From: Neoechinorhynchus agilis
Taxonomy: Eukaryota > Animalia > Acanthocephala
Assembly (NCBI GenBank): GCA_051530055.1
Contig: CM121341.1
Span: forward strand, 558,001 to 622,000
DNA: 64,000 bases
Direction: 5' to 3'
Below the pieces are notes generated by a model, which was given only the letters and a program-made list of their open reading frames with translations, made no database searches and was not told the DNA's origin. Shown here piece by piece: positions 23,640 to 37,600 of this stretch. The translations under genes and the position numbers were made by a program. The first letter of the stretch is position 1, and every line of letters starts with the position of its first letter.

Positions 23640-26226
23640 AAAGTGATTCACTATAATTTTGGACGCGCTATTGGAAAACATTATCAATCAAATTAAAACA
23701 CGAGATTTGAAAACGCTTTCGGGTACTCACTCTTAGTGCTTCACTTTAATCTAGACGCGCTTTTGGAAAAAATTATCTATGTAATAAAAACAAGAGATAT
23801 GAAAACGCATTCGTGTACTCACTCTTAGCGCTTCACTTTAATTTAGGTGCGTTTTTTGAAAACATTGTCAATCAAATAAAAACAAGAGATTCTAAAACGC
23901 ATTCGTATACTCACTCCTAGTACTTCACTTTAATTTGTACGCGCTTTTGGAAAACATTACCAATCAAAAAAATAAGGGATTTGAAATTGCATTCGTGTAC
24001 TTACTCTTAGTGCTTCAATTTAATTTAGACGCGCTTTTGGAAAACATTGTCAATCCAATAAAAGCAAGAGATTTTGAAACGCATTCGCGTAACCACTCTT
24101 CGTGCTACACTTTAATTTAGACGCGCTTTTGGAAAACATTATCAATCAAAAAAACAATTGGTTTGAAAACGCATTTGTGTAGTATCCCCAAGTTCTTCAC
24201 TTTAATTTTGACGCGCTTTTGGAAAACATTATCAATCAAAAAACCAGGGATTTGAAAACGCATTCGTGTGCTTACTCTTAGTGCTTTGCTTTAATTTAGA
24301 CGCGCTTTTAGAAAACACTATCAATCAAATAAGAACAAGAGATTTGAAAACGCATTCGTGTACTCACTCTTAGATCCTCACTTCAATTTCGACGCGCTTT
24401 TGGAAAACATTATCAATCAAATTAAAACGAGCGATTTGAAAACGCATTCGTGAACTCACTCTAAGTGCTTAATTTTAATTTTTACGCGCTTTTGGAAGAC
24501 ATTATCAATCAAATAAAAACGAGCGATTTGAAAACGCATTCGTGTTCTAACTCTTAGTGCTTCACTTTAATTTAGACGCGCTTTTTGGATACATTATCAA
24601 TGAAGTAAAAAAAAGAGATTTGAAAACGCATTCGTATACTCACTAATAGTTCCTCATTATAATTTCAGACACGCTTTTGGAAAACATTATCAATTAAATA
24701 AAAACAAGAGATTTTCAAACGCATTCGTGTACTCATTAAAAAAATTTCTCTTTAATTTTGACGCGCTTTTGGAAAACATTATGAGTCAAATAAAAACAAT
24801 AGATTTGAATTCGCTTTCGTGTACTCACTTTTAGTTCTTATCTTTAATTTAGACGCGCTTCTGGAATACATTATAAATCAAAAAACCAGCGATTTGAAAA
24901 CGCATTCGTGTAATCACTCCTAACGTTTCACTTTTATTTGGATGCGCTTTATGAAAACATTATCAATTAAATTAAAACAAGAGATTTGAAAATGCATTCG
25001 AGTACTCAGTCTTAGTGCTTCACTTTAATTTAGACGCGCTTTTTGAAAACATTGTCAATCAAATAAAAACAAGAGATTTGAAAACGCATTCGTGTACTCA
25101 CTCTTTATTCTTCACTTTAATTTAGACGCGCTTTCTGAAAACATTGTCAATCAAATAAAAACAAGAGATTTGAAAACGCATTCGTGCACTCACTTCTGGC
25201 GTTTCACTTTTATTCAGACGCGCTTTTGGAAAACATTATGAATCAAATATAAACAAGAGATTTTAAAACGCATTCGTGTACTCACTCTTAGTGCTTCACT
25301 TTAATTTAGATGCGCTTTCGGAATACATTATCAATCAAGTAAAAACAAGAGATTTGAAAACGCATTCGTATACTCACTCCTAGTTCTTCACCATAATTTA
25401 GACACGCTTTTGGAAAACATTATCAATCTTATAAAAACAGCAGATTTGAAAACGCATTCGTGTACTCATTAAAAGTTCTTCACTTTAATTTTGACGCGCT
25501 TTTTGAAAACATTGTCAATGAAAAAAAATCAAGAGATTTTAAAACGCATTCGTGTACTAACTCCTATTGCTTCACTATTATTTAGACGCGCTTTTGGAAA
25601 ACATTATCAATTAAGTTAAAACGAGAGATTTGAAAAGGTGTCCGTGAACTAACTCCAAGTGCATCACTTTAATTTTTACGCGCTTTTGGAAAAATTTATC
25701 AATCAAATAAAAACAAAAGATTTGAAAACGCTTTCGTGTCCTCACTCTTAGTTCTTCACTATAAATTATACGCGCTTTTGGAAAACATTGCCAATAAAAT
25801 AACGATTGTTTGAAAACGCATTCGTGTACTAAATCCTAGTGCTTCACTTTAATTTTTCGCGCTTTTGGAAAACATTATCAATAAAATAAAAACGAGGGAT
25901 TTAAAAACGCGTTTATGTACTAACTCATAGTACTTCACTTTAATTTAAACGCGCTTTTGGAGGACATTATCAATCAAATAAAAAAAATTTGAAAACATAT
26001 TCGTGCACTCACTCCTAGTGCTTCACTTTAATTTCTACGCGATTTTGGAAAAATTATCAGCCAAATAAAAACAAGAGATTTTAAAACCCATTCGTGTACT
26101 CACTCCTAATTGTTCACTATAATTTCGGCGCGCTTTTGGAAAACATTTTAAGTCAAATAAAAACAATGGATTTGAAAACGCTTTCGTGTACTAACTATTA
26201 GTGCTTCACTTTAATTTAGACGCGCT
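23640..26226 (+). repeat. ~92-bp satellite array, block 2
   Basis: Same monomer, same orientation as block 1. Confidence 0.97.
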
Positions 26227-29200
26227 AACGAACTTTCATTGCGAAAAAGCTACATAACTTTATTATCTCTCACTACTTTAACAGAGAGTTGAAAAAACTT
26301 GCAAACACATCGATCGTAATCGGGCTTAGACCTTCCTTACAAGCAATTATTCAACCCAAAACAATCCATAGGACACACTCAAACTCACTGACGCTCGTAC
26401 TGGACAGTCTTTTTGCGAACCTACTTCTTCCGGCATCGATGCTACGTCCGCCTCCAAGGTTTCCGCAGGTTTGTGTAAGATCTGCTCAAAAGTAGTCAGA
26501 GTCACGAAATTAGGTCTCCTCCATGTTCACGGTCCCCGTTCTTCACGCTGCGAAGGGTCGGGAATGTCCCCTGAAGATATCAGCTCTTCCCCCCCAAATC
26601 GTGAACTTGACTTTAATTCACAAAATCTTCCCTTAATTGTGAAACTTTTTCGTGTCCTTCCCAATCACGTCCTCAAACGAATTCCTAAAGGCGCCCGGTA
26701 TCAAGTAGGTTCCGCATTTGCGGACCTTTTAAATGGATGTGTCTGTAATAATAGCGCAATATCCTGGATGCGTTTGTTCGCCTTCCCTCGACTCGTATTA
26801 TTCGCCGGTGAGTCCTCAGAGGAATCCTTGACATCAATTGTCAAGTCCAGGGTCGCCAACTTCCCTGATAATTTCCTCGCTGTGCTCAAATCTGCCGAGG
26901 ATCCAACATCCTTTTCGACGAAATCTGAAGGTCCTCGTCGTTTTTCATCTAGACGTTTAGGAGAACGCGTATCGGCCAAGCTGTCCGACGGCGACATCCG
27001 TGGAGCCGTGCGCCTTTTCACATCAACGGATACTTTTGCGGGGGACACAATTACCACTTTGAACGCTTTGCGGGAAAAACACCCACCTTCAGCCGTACCA
27101 CCACCTCATAGCTCACATTCCCCTTCACCGATAGATCTCAAACCGATAGATGTGGTCGAAATGAAAAGGGCCCTCTCGTCATTCGCCGGCGGTTCAAGTC
27201 ACGGTCTAGACGGTCTCAGACCCCAACATCTAAAGAACTTAATCTCGGGGGGAGCGCATTGCGCTGCGGAAAAAGTCGCCAAGGCTTTGACCACTATAGT
27301 GAACCTCATCGCTCGAGGCGACACGAATGCAACTGGAATACATTTCATATTTTCGGCTTCCCTGTGTGCCCTTAATAAGAAGGACGGTGGGATTCGTCCC
27401 ATAGCAATCGGAACTACCCTTCGCCGTCTCACCGGAAAGATTCTGTAAAAAAGGGTCGCGGAAAAAGCAGGCCAGATCCTTAGGCCCGTCCAGCTCGGAT
27501 GTTGCTCTCCTTGTGGAGCAGAGGCTATAGTCCACGCGCTGCGTTCTTTTATTAATTCTGGTAGGGGCGTTCAGGTAATCCTGAAGTGCGATTTCGCAAA
27601 TGCCTTCAACACTATCGATCGAGGCATCTTAATCTCAACAGTCGGAAACACTATTCCAGAGCTTCTCCCCTACTTTCAGTCAGCATATTGCTCTCACACC
27701 CCGCTCTTATGTAATAATGAACTAATCTGGTCTCAATCGGTTGTGCAGCAAGGGGACCCTCTGGGGCCTTTAGGTTTTGCTCTGACGACAAACAATCTGG
27801 CGCAATCTCTTCGATCACCATTCAACGCCTTGTATCTGGATGACGCTACTCTAGGAGGTTCCCCGTCTGAAGTCCTACAAGATTTAACGGTTCTTTTAGA
27901 AGAATGTAAAAAAATTGGCCTCAAACTGAACCCAAGCAAGTGCGAAATTTTGGTTTTGAATTGTGGGGACGAGGAACGCGCACAAATTTTGAGAGAGTTT
28001 GAAGAGGCCGCACCCAATATCCGACTTATCACCAAGTCCAGCTTAGAACTGCTGGGAAGCTGCGTTCTCGAGGAGAATATGCAGGCCGAGATCAGGAAAA
28101 TCAGACCTTCCATTGATCTCATCTGTTCAAGGGCCTCTGAACTTTTCCCTCACGATGCTCTCTTCCTTTTAAAAAATTGCATCTTCATTCCACGCATCCT
28201 CCATAAACTGCGGTCAACCCCTTCCTTTCAATGTCAGCCCGAATTGAGAGAGATTGATGGTTCTTTAAGGGATGGTCTATGTAAGATCCTTAATATTAAG
28301 CTCCCCGACACTGGCTGGACCCAGGTATCTTTGCCCACAAGCTACGGAGGGATCGGTATTCGATCCAGCTCAGCCATTGCGCTTCCAGCCTTTCTATCGT
28401 CTCTTAGTAGGTCCAAGCGCCTTTCCAGATTGATTTTGAGACATAATTTTGAGGGGGACATCAGCCTGGATCCCGCTCTTCATCTTTGGATGTCTCTGTC
28501 TAACCTCGACAAGATTCCAGACCTCCCGGAAAAACAGAAATCGTGGGACATTCCGTTAGTGGAGCGTGTTCACACCTCACTTTTTAACTCGCTCTCCGAC
28601 GTGGATAGAACGCGATTAACTGCAGTTTCCTGCAAAGAGTCCGGTGCCTGGTTGAAAGCTGTACCATCAGCAAATCTCGGTTCGAGATTAGACGGCGAGG
28701 CTCTCAGAATCGCAGTGTCTCTGAGGCTCGGGCTCCCGATTTGTATCCCTCACACCTGCCGATGCGGGACGGAAGTTGACCCCTCGGGCAGGCACGGATC
28801 AGCCTGTAAACGCTCAAGTGGCCGTTTTGCTAGACACGCCGAAATAAACGCATTGCTGAGCCGCGCTTTGAAAACGGCTAACTCTCCGAATATCCTCGAG
28901 CCTAGCAACATCTGCAGGATCGATGGGCGTAGGCCGGATGGAGTTACCGTTTTTCCTTGGAGCAGGGGGAGATGTCTCCTATGGGACACAACATGCGTCG
29001 ACTCCCTTGCAGCCAGCAATCTGCGAGATGCACCCTCCGGGGCTGGGGGAGCCGCATCAACAGCTGAGCTCCGTAAGGTTGCAAAATACGCAGATTTTAC
29101 GAATTCTCATCATTTTGTCCCCTTCGCAGTGGAAACCTTAAGAGCTTTCGGACGTGCGGCGAGGAGTTTTGTTTTCGAACTGGGGCATCGACTGATCAAC

Positions 29201-29334
29201 TCGACCAATGACAGGAGGGCTCGTTCGTTCCTAGTGCAGAACATATCCTTGGCTATCCAGCGAGGAAACGCAGCGAGCGTCTTGGGGACGGTGAAGTACG
29301 ATTGGAATAAAAAAACATTCTTAAGGAAAAAAAA
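26227..29334 (+). mobile_element. CRE-like (RLE-type) non-LTR retrotransposon, family 2, near full length, one premature stop
   Basis: CKIC..HVHGPR..C finger; RT; knuckle CRCG..HGSAC..RH; RPDG..WD.TCVD; QRGNAASV. ORFs 26471-27448 and 27743-29353 share a frame, separated by TAA at 27446-27448. A-run ends at 29334. Confidence 0.88.
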
Positions 29335-29514
29335 TTTTCTAAAATATTATTAACCAAATAAAAACAAGAGCTTTGAAAACGCTTTCGTGTACTCACCCTT
29401 GGTTCTTCACTATAAATAGGACGTGCTCTTGGAAAACATTATTAATCAAATAAAGAAAAGATATTTGAAAACACATTTGTGTACTCACTCTTAGTGCTCC
29501 ACTTTAATTTTGAC
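29335..29514 (+). repeat. ~92-bp satellite, two monomers
   Basis: Monomer sequence between the two CRE copies. Confidence 0.9.
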
Positions 29515-29825
29515 GATCGATGGGCGTAGGCCGGATGGAGTTACCGTTTTTCCTTGGAGCAGGGGGAGATGTCTCCTATGGGACACAACATGCGTCGACT
29601 CCCTTGCAGCCAGCAATCTGCGAGATGCACCCTCCGGGGCTGGGGGAGCCGCATCAGCAGCTGAGCTCCGTAAGGTTGCAAAATACGCAGATTTTACGAA
29701 TTCTCATCATTTTGTCCCCTTCGCAGTGGAAACCTTAAGAGCTTTCGGACGTGCGGCGAGGAGTTTTGTTTTCGAACTGGGGCATCGACTGATCAACTCG
29801 ACCAATGACAGGAGGGCTCGTTCGT
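29515..29825 (+). mobile_element. Truncated second copy of CRE-like family 2 (RLE region)
   Basis: Matches 28918-29228 at offset 597 with one substitution seen. Cut at its 3' side by a truncated LTR. Confidence 0.92.
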
Positions 29826-32800
29826 AGCAAACGGAACCGCGAAAACGTTTCATGGTACAACGAACGACAACGGTTAGTAATCGATAATATAATAACATTT
29901 ATTATGTTGTCGAAACTAATCGATATCACAATCTTTCATCGTGTTCTATTGTTTCCATGGTCTCTGGCAAGATCGTCTTACTTCTGGCCCGTATTCCATT
30001 ATGTACTTCGAGCCCATTCGACTAGAATCCGAATGCAATCCAGTATAGTCATCCTAAGTGCCGCGTTCCGGTATTTCAGTACTGTTGTGCTTAGATCTTA
30101 ATTCAGTAGTTTGAGATTGAAGCACGTCATCACCAGTCGGTTGAGCGATATCCGACCTATACGGGGCTAGGCGTTGGGTTGAAACGACGCCTTGTCGTCC
30201 ATCAGCGTATTGGATCAACGAATGCTTTTCGCCTCCACTTATTAGAGTTATTTCATCCACTTCATTCTCGTACTTGGACTTTCTGTTCAGATTGTTGTAT
30301 TATGCCTTATCACTTAATACAATCCAACTTGGTGGTGGCCTGGATGTCATACTCCTTCTTGGAGTATTGAATATTCGTTCATGAGGCGTTTGTCCCGTAC
30401 TGGTGCAGAGAAGTGTTCGTATTTTGGAAATTGCCTCATGGATAACCTGGGGCCATTTATTTAAAGGAAGATCTTGATCTGCAAGCAAGAGCTGGATGGT
30501 TTTCCACACTGTTCCATTGTAGCGTTCACACAGGCTATTGCCTTGCGCGTGGAACGCAGTCGTGTGACTGAGGCAAACGTTCTGTGCATTTAGCTATTCT
30601 CGAATACCCTTGCAGGTGAAAGAAGCTCCGCGGTCAGAGTGGACGTAATCAGGACATCCGAAAATCGCAAAGATTCGTGATAGACATAATTTAACGGTTT
30701 CAGTTGAGCAGTCTGTGCAAGCAAATGCGATTGGGAACCGCGAATATTCGTCTACGGCGACTAATAAATACCGCGGACCGCTTGCTGTGGACGGTAATGG
30801 ACCTATGAAGTCCACAGATATTCGTTCGAATGGTTTGGTGGCTTTGATCAGATGTAGACCAGAAGATTTGAAAAATCTTGGTTTTATTCGGCAGCAACCG
30901 AACAAGATGCCGTTACTTTTCCTATTTCCTCCGTAGAATATGGAAGATTATTTTGTTTGATGTAGTGGAGCATCCTGGTGACACGTGGATGTCCTAATTT
31001 TCGGTGAACTTCGTGGATCTGAGTCAGAATAGAGGATACGCTCGCACATGAATCGCGTGATAGTACATCCGCAGCAAGATTAGAAGCTCCAGCTCGATAC
31101 TTCAGTGTATAAGTATAACTTGAAAGTTCCAGCCTCCATCGTAATATGCGTTCGTTTCTAATCTTTTTTGAATGTTTTTGATTGAGCATAAAGGATACTG
31201 ATCTTTGATCCGTAATCACGACGAACGGACGGATAGCTAAGTAGTACCGCCAATGTTTTATTGCCTCGATAAGTGCGTACGCCTCCTATTCCACTATGTG
31301 ATATCGTTTTTCATGTTTATTCAGTGTTTTGGAAAAAAATGCGACAGTAGCCCATCCTGGAAAAGAGCGGCTCCAATCGCTTTTTCAGAAGCATCAGTTT
31401 CGAGTACGAATTGCTTATCCTCATCTATGCTATGCATGACAGCGTTTTTGATGCCTTTTTTCAAGATATCAATCAATATCGCAGTTTGTTCGCATAGAGG
31501 AAAATCCAAATTTTTGCACACCAGCGGTTGAATCCTTTTAGAGTAGTTCGGGTCCATTTACTATAATAGGCAAAAAAAAGCCATCAGGCGTTGTAGAGAT
31601 GCTTTGTTGGTGGATAGTACTATGTCATTTAGAGACTTGAGACGATTTGGGTCCGGTCTTAGTTGGCCGTTACCGATTTCGTAACCAAGTACCAGAATTC
31701 GTTCTACCCCATATACGCTTTTATCGTTATTGAATTTTAATCCTTTCTTGGCAGCAATATCTCGAAATTGTCGCAAGTTTTTATCATGCTCGCTCTTCGT
31801 TTGTCCGCAAATAATGACATCGTCGAGATATGCATACGTATTTGATAAATTGTTAGCTTCGATGATATTATTCATATACCTCTGAAATGCGGATACCTCA
31901 TTGGTAACGCCCATCGGGATTTTTGTAAAGCGGTAGAGCTTACCGCGTGCTTCAAAAGAGGTATAGTCTCTCTCATGAGGGCAATTGATACTTGATAATA
32001 TGCATCTTCCAAGTCTAACCGGCTAAACACCTTATTTGTTGCTATTCCGTTGACGATCGTTTCGATACGTGGAAGAGGGTAAGCATCTAGATAAGTGAAT
32101 TTGTTAATAGTTTGGCTAAAGTCTACAACGAGTATCTTTTTTCCATTTTCGTTGTTAACCACGAGGACCTGTGCCCTCCATCGTGAATCGGATTCTTCGA
32201 TTATACCATCTTTAAGCATACGATCGATCTCGGATTTAATAAAGATGATGTCGCTTTGATTGTAGCATCGGGATCGAGTTGCGATCGGTTTACAGTCGGC
32301 GGAAAGATTATTGAACAAACAAGGCGCAAAATCAGATTTTGTTGTCGACTCTTGATCAAATACAGGAATTAGTAACGCAGCTAGAATCAGTTCGATTGGC
32401 GGCTCACTGCCTGACATTCTCAAGCGGAACTCTCTGTGCAGTCTTAAAAACGGCAATCCAAGAACTACGTCGCTGTAAATATCAGTCAACGCGTATAGTT
32501 TCACGCGACTGTACATCGTTCCGTCGTATCGAATATCGGCCCTAACCTTGCCCAGAGTTCTCCTTGTAGTGTTACCAGAGGCTAACGAAACGTTTGAGTA
32601 GGACGGTTCCATAGATAACTGTAGCTTCTCGATAGCATTGAAATCGATGAAATTGAGGGAACTCCCAGTATCAAGCAAAGCAGAGAAGGTTACATATTGT
32701 ATCAATACCGGAATCATGAGAGAATAATCCTTTATCGAACTCTTATCCTTTTTAGTAGCAGCTAAGAAGACCGAAGACAAGTTAGCGTTGTTAGCTTTTT

Positions 32801-33791
32801 TTGACCGACACATTCTCGCGAAGTGTCCGAGTTTTTGACACTTATAGCACTGTACTTCGGCGGCAGGGCATAATTTGCGAGGATGTCGTTTCCTCCCACA
32901 AAAATAGCAAACTGACGTACGATTGAATTCTTCGAGCCTGCTATCATGTTCTCTATTTATCGCGTTCAATGATTGCGATTTATCGTCATATTCGTCAGTT
33001 CGTATTCGCCTGCATTTAAACGGATCGTTTCTATGGTCGTTTTCGTCGATTTGTACTTTCATGCATCTAAGAGGATCGCTACTATGATTGCCGAAGTGCT
33101 CCATACTTTCAAACGCATACTGAACGCTCTTGGCGATCTCAATCGCTTTGCACAGTGTCAGTTCTTCACATTCGAGCAATCTCTGACGTATTCTGTTTGA
33201 TTGGAGACCTGCGATAAAAGTCTCGTATATAATCTGATTTTGCTTCTTCGGCGCTGACGGATTTGAAGGAACAGCCTTTGGCAATCATCCTTAATGCTTG
33301 AACGTATTGATAACAAGCGCCTAGATAGAATTTCGTTAGCCTTCTTCACAAAGAGTTTTTCAAGCGTCTCAAAAGCCTGATCAAAGTCTTCGAATTCTTC
33401 AATAAGCTCATAAACATCAGGTTTTATGTGAGCACAGAGTATTTCCATAATATCACTCTTGTCCGCAAGTTTCTTTATTGTGTACTCGAAATTCCGTTTC
33501 CAAAGTCGGAACTTTTTTCTTGCGTCCTCCTGGTGAGGTAGAATATTCAATCGTTAGGTTTTGAAACTAGGATGCACAGCTTGCGGTTGACTGTCTTCGA
33601 CTTAGCCAGTTTTTGTCGACAGAATTTCCTGATGATCCATCGTTAGCTAAATAAATTGTTGTAGAACCGAAAACGTGGTTTTATTTAGCTAACGCAACCG
33701 CGAAAACGTTTCATGGTACAAGGAACGATAACGGCTAGTAATCGATAATATAATTACATTTATGATGTAGTCGAAACTAATCGATATCACA
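29826..33791 (-). mobile_element. Ty3/Gypsy LTR retrotransposon, degenerate, no tRNA PBS
   Basis: 5' LTR ~33660-33791; truncated 3' LTR 29826-29930 (8 mismatches over 105 bp). Two CCHC knuckles, PR LLDTGSS, RT VDFSQTINKFTYLDAYPLP and YLDD, RNase H ETDAS, integrase PFERISVDFIGP / SDRG. Confidence 0.9.
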
Positions 33792-34509
33792 AACATTATG
33801 AGTAAAAAACAAGAGATTAGAAAACGCATACGCGTACTCATTCCTTGTGCTACACTTTAATTTAGACGAGCTTTTGGAAAACATTATGAGTCAAATAAAA
33901 ACAATAGAATTGAAAACGCTTTCGTGTACTCACTTTTAGTTCTTCGCTTTAATTTAGACGCGCTCTTGGAAAACATTATCAACTAAATAAAAACAAGAGA
34001 TTTAAAAATGCTATCGTGTACTCACTTTTAATTCTTCGCTTTAATTAAGACGCGCTTTTGGAAAACATTATCAATCAAATAAAAGCAAGAGATTTTAAAT
34101 CCCATTCATGCACTCACATTTTGTACTTCGCTTTAATTTAGACGCGCTTTTGGAAAACATTATCAACCAAATAAAAACAAGAGATACGAAAACACATTCG
34201 TGTACTAACTCTTAGTGCTTCACTTTAGTTTCGACGCTTGAGTAAAATAAAAACAAGAGATTTTCAAACGCTATAGTCTACTCACTCCGAGTGCTTCACT
34301 TTAATTTAGACGCGCTTTTGGAAAAAATTATCAACCAAATAAAAAAAAGAGATTTGAAAACCCTTTCGTGTACTCACTCTTTGTTCTTCACAGTAATTTT
34401 GACGCGCTTTTGGGAAACATTGTCTACCGAATAAATACAAGAGCTTTGAAAGCGCTTTCGTGTGATCACTCTCAGTGCTTCACTTTAATTTAGACGCGCA
34501 TTTGTAAAA
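33792..34509 (+). repeat. ~92-bp satellite, block 3
   Basis: Monomers in + orientation. Confidence 0.95.
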
Positions 34510-34600
34510 GCACGAGGTAATCGCAGTGCGCCACTATGGGATATTCTAAACGAAATCTGACATTGGGCTCTCGGATGCATTCTTTATGAGATGGTTACGG
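34510..34600 (+). pseudogene. Protein kinase fragment (subdomains VIII-IX) at a satellite inversion junction
   Basis: With one frameshift it reads EVIAVRHYGIF*TKSDI(W)ALGCILYEMVT. Confidence 0.6.
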
Positions 34601-37600
34601 AATTAAAGTGACGCACTTAGGTCAAGTACACGAATGCGTTTTCAAATCTCTTGTTTTTATTCGATTGATAATGTTTTCCAAAAGCGTGTCTAAATCTAAG
34701 TGAGGGTCTAAGAGTGAGTACACGAATGCGTTTAAAAATCTCACGTTTTATTTGATTGATAATGTTTTCCAAAAGCGCGTCTAAATCAAAGTGAAGCACT
34801 AAAAGTAAGTACACGAATGCGTTTTCAAATCCCTTGTTTTTTAATATTGACAATGTTTAAAAAAACCCGTCTAAATTAAAGCGAAGAACTAAGAGTGAGT
34901 ACACGAATGGGTTTCAAAATCTCTTGTATTTATTTGATTTATAATGTTTTCCAAAAGCGGGTCTAAATTAAAATGAATAACAAAGAGCGAGTACACGAAA
35001 TAGTTTTCAAATCTCTTGTTTTTATTTGATTGATAGTGTTGTCCAAAAGCGCGTAAAAATTAAAGTGGAGCACTATAAGTGTGTACACAAGGGAGTATTC
35101 AAATCTATTGTTCTTATTTGACTTGAAATGTTTTCAAAAAGCGCGTCAAAATTAAAGTGAAGCACTAAGAGTGAGTACACGAATGTGTTTTTAAATCTCT
35201 TGTTTTTATTTGGTTGATAATTTTTTCCAAAAGCGCGTCAAAATTAAAGTGAAGAACTTGGAATTTGTACACAAATTCGTTTTCAAATAGCTCCTTTTTA
35301 TTTTATTGATAATGTTTTCCAAAAGCGCGTCAAAATAAAAGTGAAACACTTGGAGTAAGTACACAAATGCGTTTTGAAATCGCTCGTTTTTATTTTATTG
35401 AAAATGTTTTCCAAAAGCGCGTCAAAATTAAAATGAAGCACTAAGAGTCAGTACACGAAAGCTTCCAAAAGCGCGTCAAAATTAAAGTGAAGAACAAAGA
35501 GTGAGTACACGAATGTGTTTTCAAATCTCCTGTTTTTATTTGATTAATAATGTTTTTAAAAAGCGCGTCCAAATTATAGTTAGGCGCTACCAGTGAGTAC
35601 ACGAATGCGTTTACAAACCTCTTGTTTTTATTTGATTGATAATGTTTTTCAAAAGCGCGTCTAATTCTTAGTGAAGAACGAAGAGTGAGTATACGAATGC
35701 GTTTTCAAATCTCTTCTTTTTAGTAAGTGAAGCACTAAGAGTAAGTACACGAATGCGTTTTCTAATCTCTTGTTTTTATTTGGTTGATAATGTTTTCCAA
35801 AACCGCGTCTAAATTAAAGTGAGGAACTAGGAATGAGTACACGAATGCGTTTTCAAATCTCTTGTTTTTATTTGTTTTATAATGTTTTCCAAAAGCGCGT
35901 CTAAATAAAAGCGAAGCACTATGAGTGAGTACACGAATGTCTTTACAAATCTCTTGTCTTTATTTGATTGATAATGTGTTCAAAAAGCGCGTCTTAAATA
36001 AAGTGAAGCACTAAGAGTGCGAGCACGAATGGGATTTCAAATCTCTTGCTTTTATTTTATTCATAATGTTTTCCATAAGCGCGTCAAAATTAAAGTGAAC
36101 AACTGAAAGTGAGTACACTAAGGCGTTTTTAAATCTTTTGTTTTTATTTGACTCATAATGTTTTCCAAAAGCGCGTCTAAATTAAAGCGAAGCACTATGA
36201 GTTAGTACACGAATGAGTTTTCAAATCTCTTGTCTTTATTTGGTTTATAATGCTTTCAAAAACCGCGTCAAAATTAAAGTGAAGCAAAAAGAGTGAGTAC
36301 ACGAATGTGTTTACAAATCTCTCGTTTTTATTTGATTGATAATGTTTTCCAAAAGCGCGTCAAAATTAAAGTGAAGAACTAAAAGTGAGTACACGAAAGC
36401 GTTTTAAAATCTATTGTTTTTATTTGGCTCAAAATGTTTTCAAAAAGCGCATCTAAACTAAAGCGAAGCACTAGGAGTGAGTACACGAATGCGGTTTCAA
36501 ATCTCTTACTTTTTTTTGGTTGATTATTTGTTTCAAAAGCGCGTCAAAATGTTAGTTGCGAACAAAGAGTGAGTAAACGAAAGCGTTTTGAAATCTCTTG
36601 TTTATATTTTGTTGATAATGTTTTCCAAAGCGCGTCTTGGTTAAAGTGAAGCACTAAGATTGAGTAAACGAATGTGTTTTAAAATCTCTGGTTTTTAATT
36701 GATTGATAATGTATTCAAAAAGCCGGTATAAATTATGGTGAAGAACTACGAGTGAGTACACGAAAGCGTTTTCAAATCTCTTGTTTTTATTTCGTTGATA
36801 ATGTTTTCCAAATGCGCGTCTAAATTAAAGTGAAGCACTAAGAGTGATCACACGAAAGCGTTTTCATTTCTCTTGTTTTTATTTGGTTCATAATGTTTTT
36901 CAAATGCACGTCTAAATTAAAGTGAAGCACTAAGAGTTATCACACGAAAGCGTTTTCATTTCTCTTGTTTTTATTTGGTTTATAATGTTTTTCAAAAGCG
37001 CGTCTAAATTAAAATGAAGCACTAAGATTGGGTTCAGGAAAGCGTTTTCAATGCTCTTGCTTTTACTCGGTTGATAATCTTTTCCTAAAGAGCGTCTAAA
37101 TTAAAGTGAAGCACTACGAGTTAGTACACGAAAGCCTTTTCAGAGCTCTTGTTTTTATTCGGTTGATAATGTGTTCTAAACGCGTATCTAAAATAAGGTG
37201 AAGAACTAAGAGCGAGTTTACGATTGCGTTTTCATATCTCTTGTTTTTATTTAATTGATGATGCTTTCCATAAGCGCGTTTAAATTAAAGTGAAGTACTA
37301 TGAGTGAGTACCGGAATGCACTTTAAAATCTCTTGTTTTAATTTGGCTGATCATGTTTTCCAAAAGCGCGTCTAAATTATAGTGTAGCACTACGAGTGTA
37401 TAAACCAAAGCGTTTTCAAAGCTCTTTTTTGTATTCAGTTTATTATGTGTTCCAAAAGCGCGTCTAAAATAAAGTGAGGCACTAAGAGTGAATACACGAA
37501 TTCGTTTTCAGATCTCTTGTTTTTATTGGATTGTTAATGTTTTCCATAAGCGGGTCTATATCATTGTGAAGAGCTAAGAGTGAGTACACGAAAGCGTTTT

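Noticed and set aside
19454-23646. Target-site duplication of the CsRn1-like element
   Set aside because: Flanks TAGTGC and AAAGTG(A) do not match well enough.
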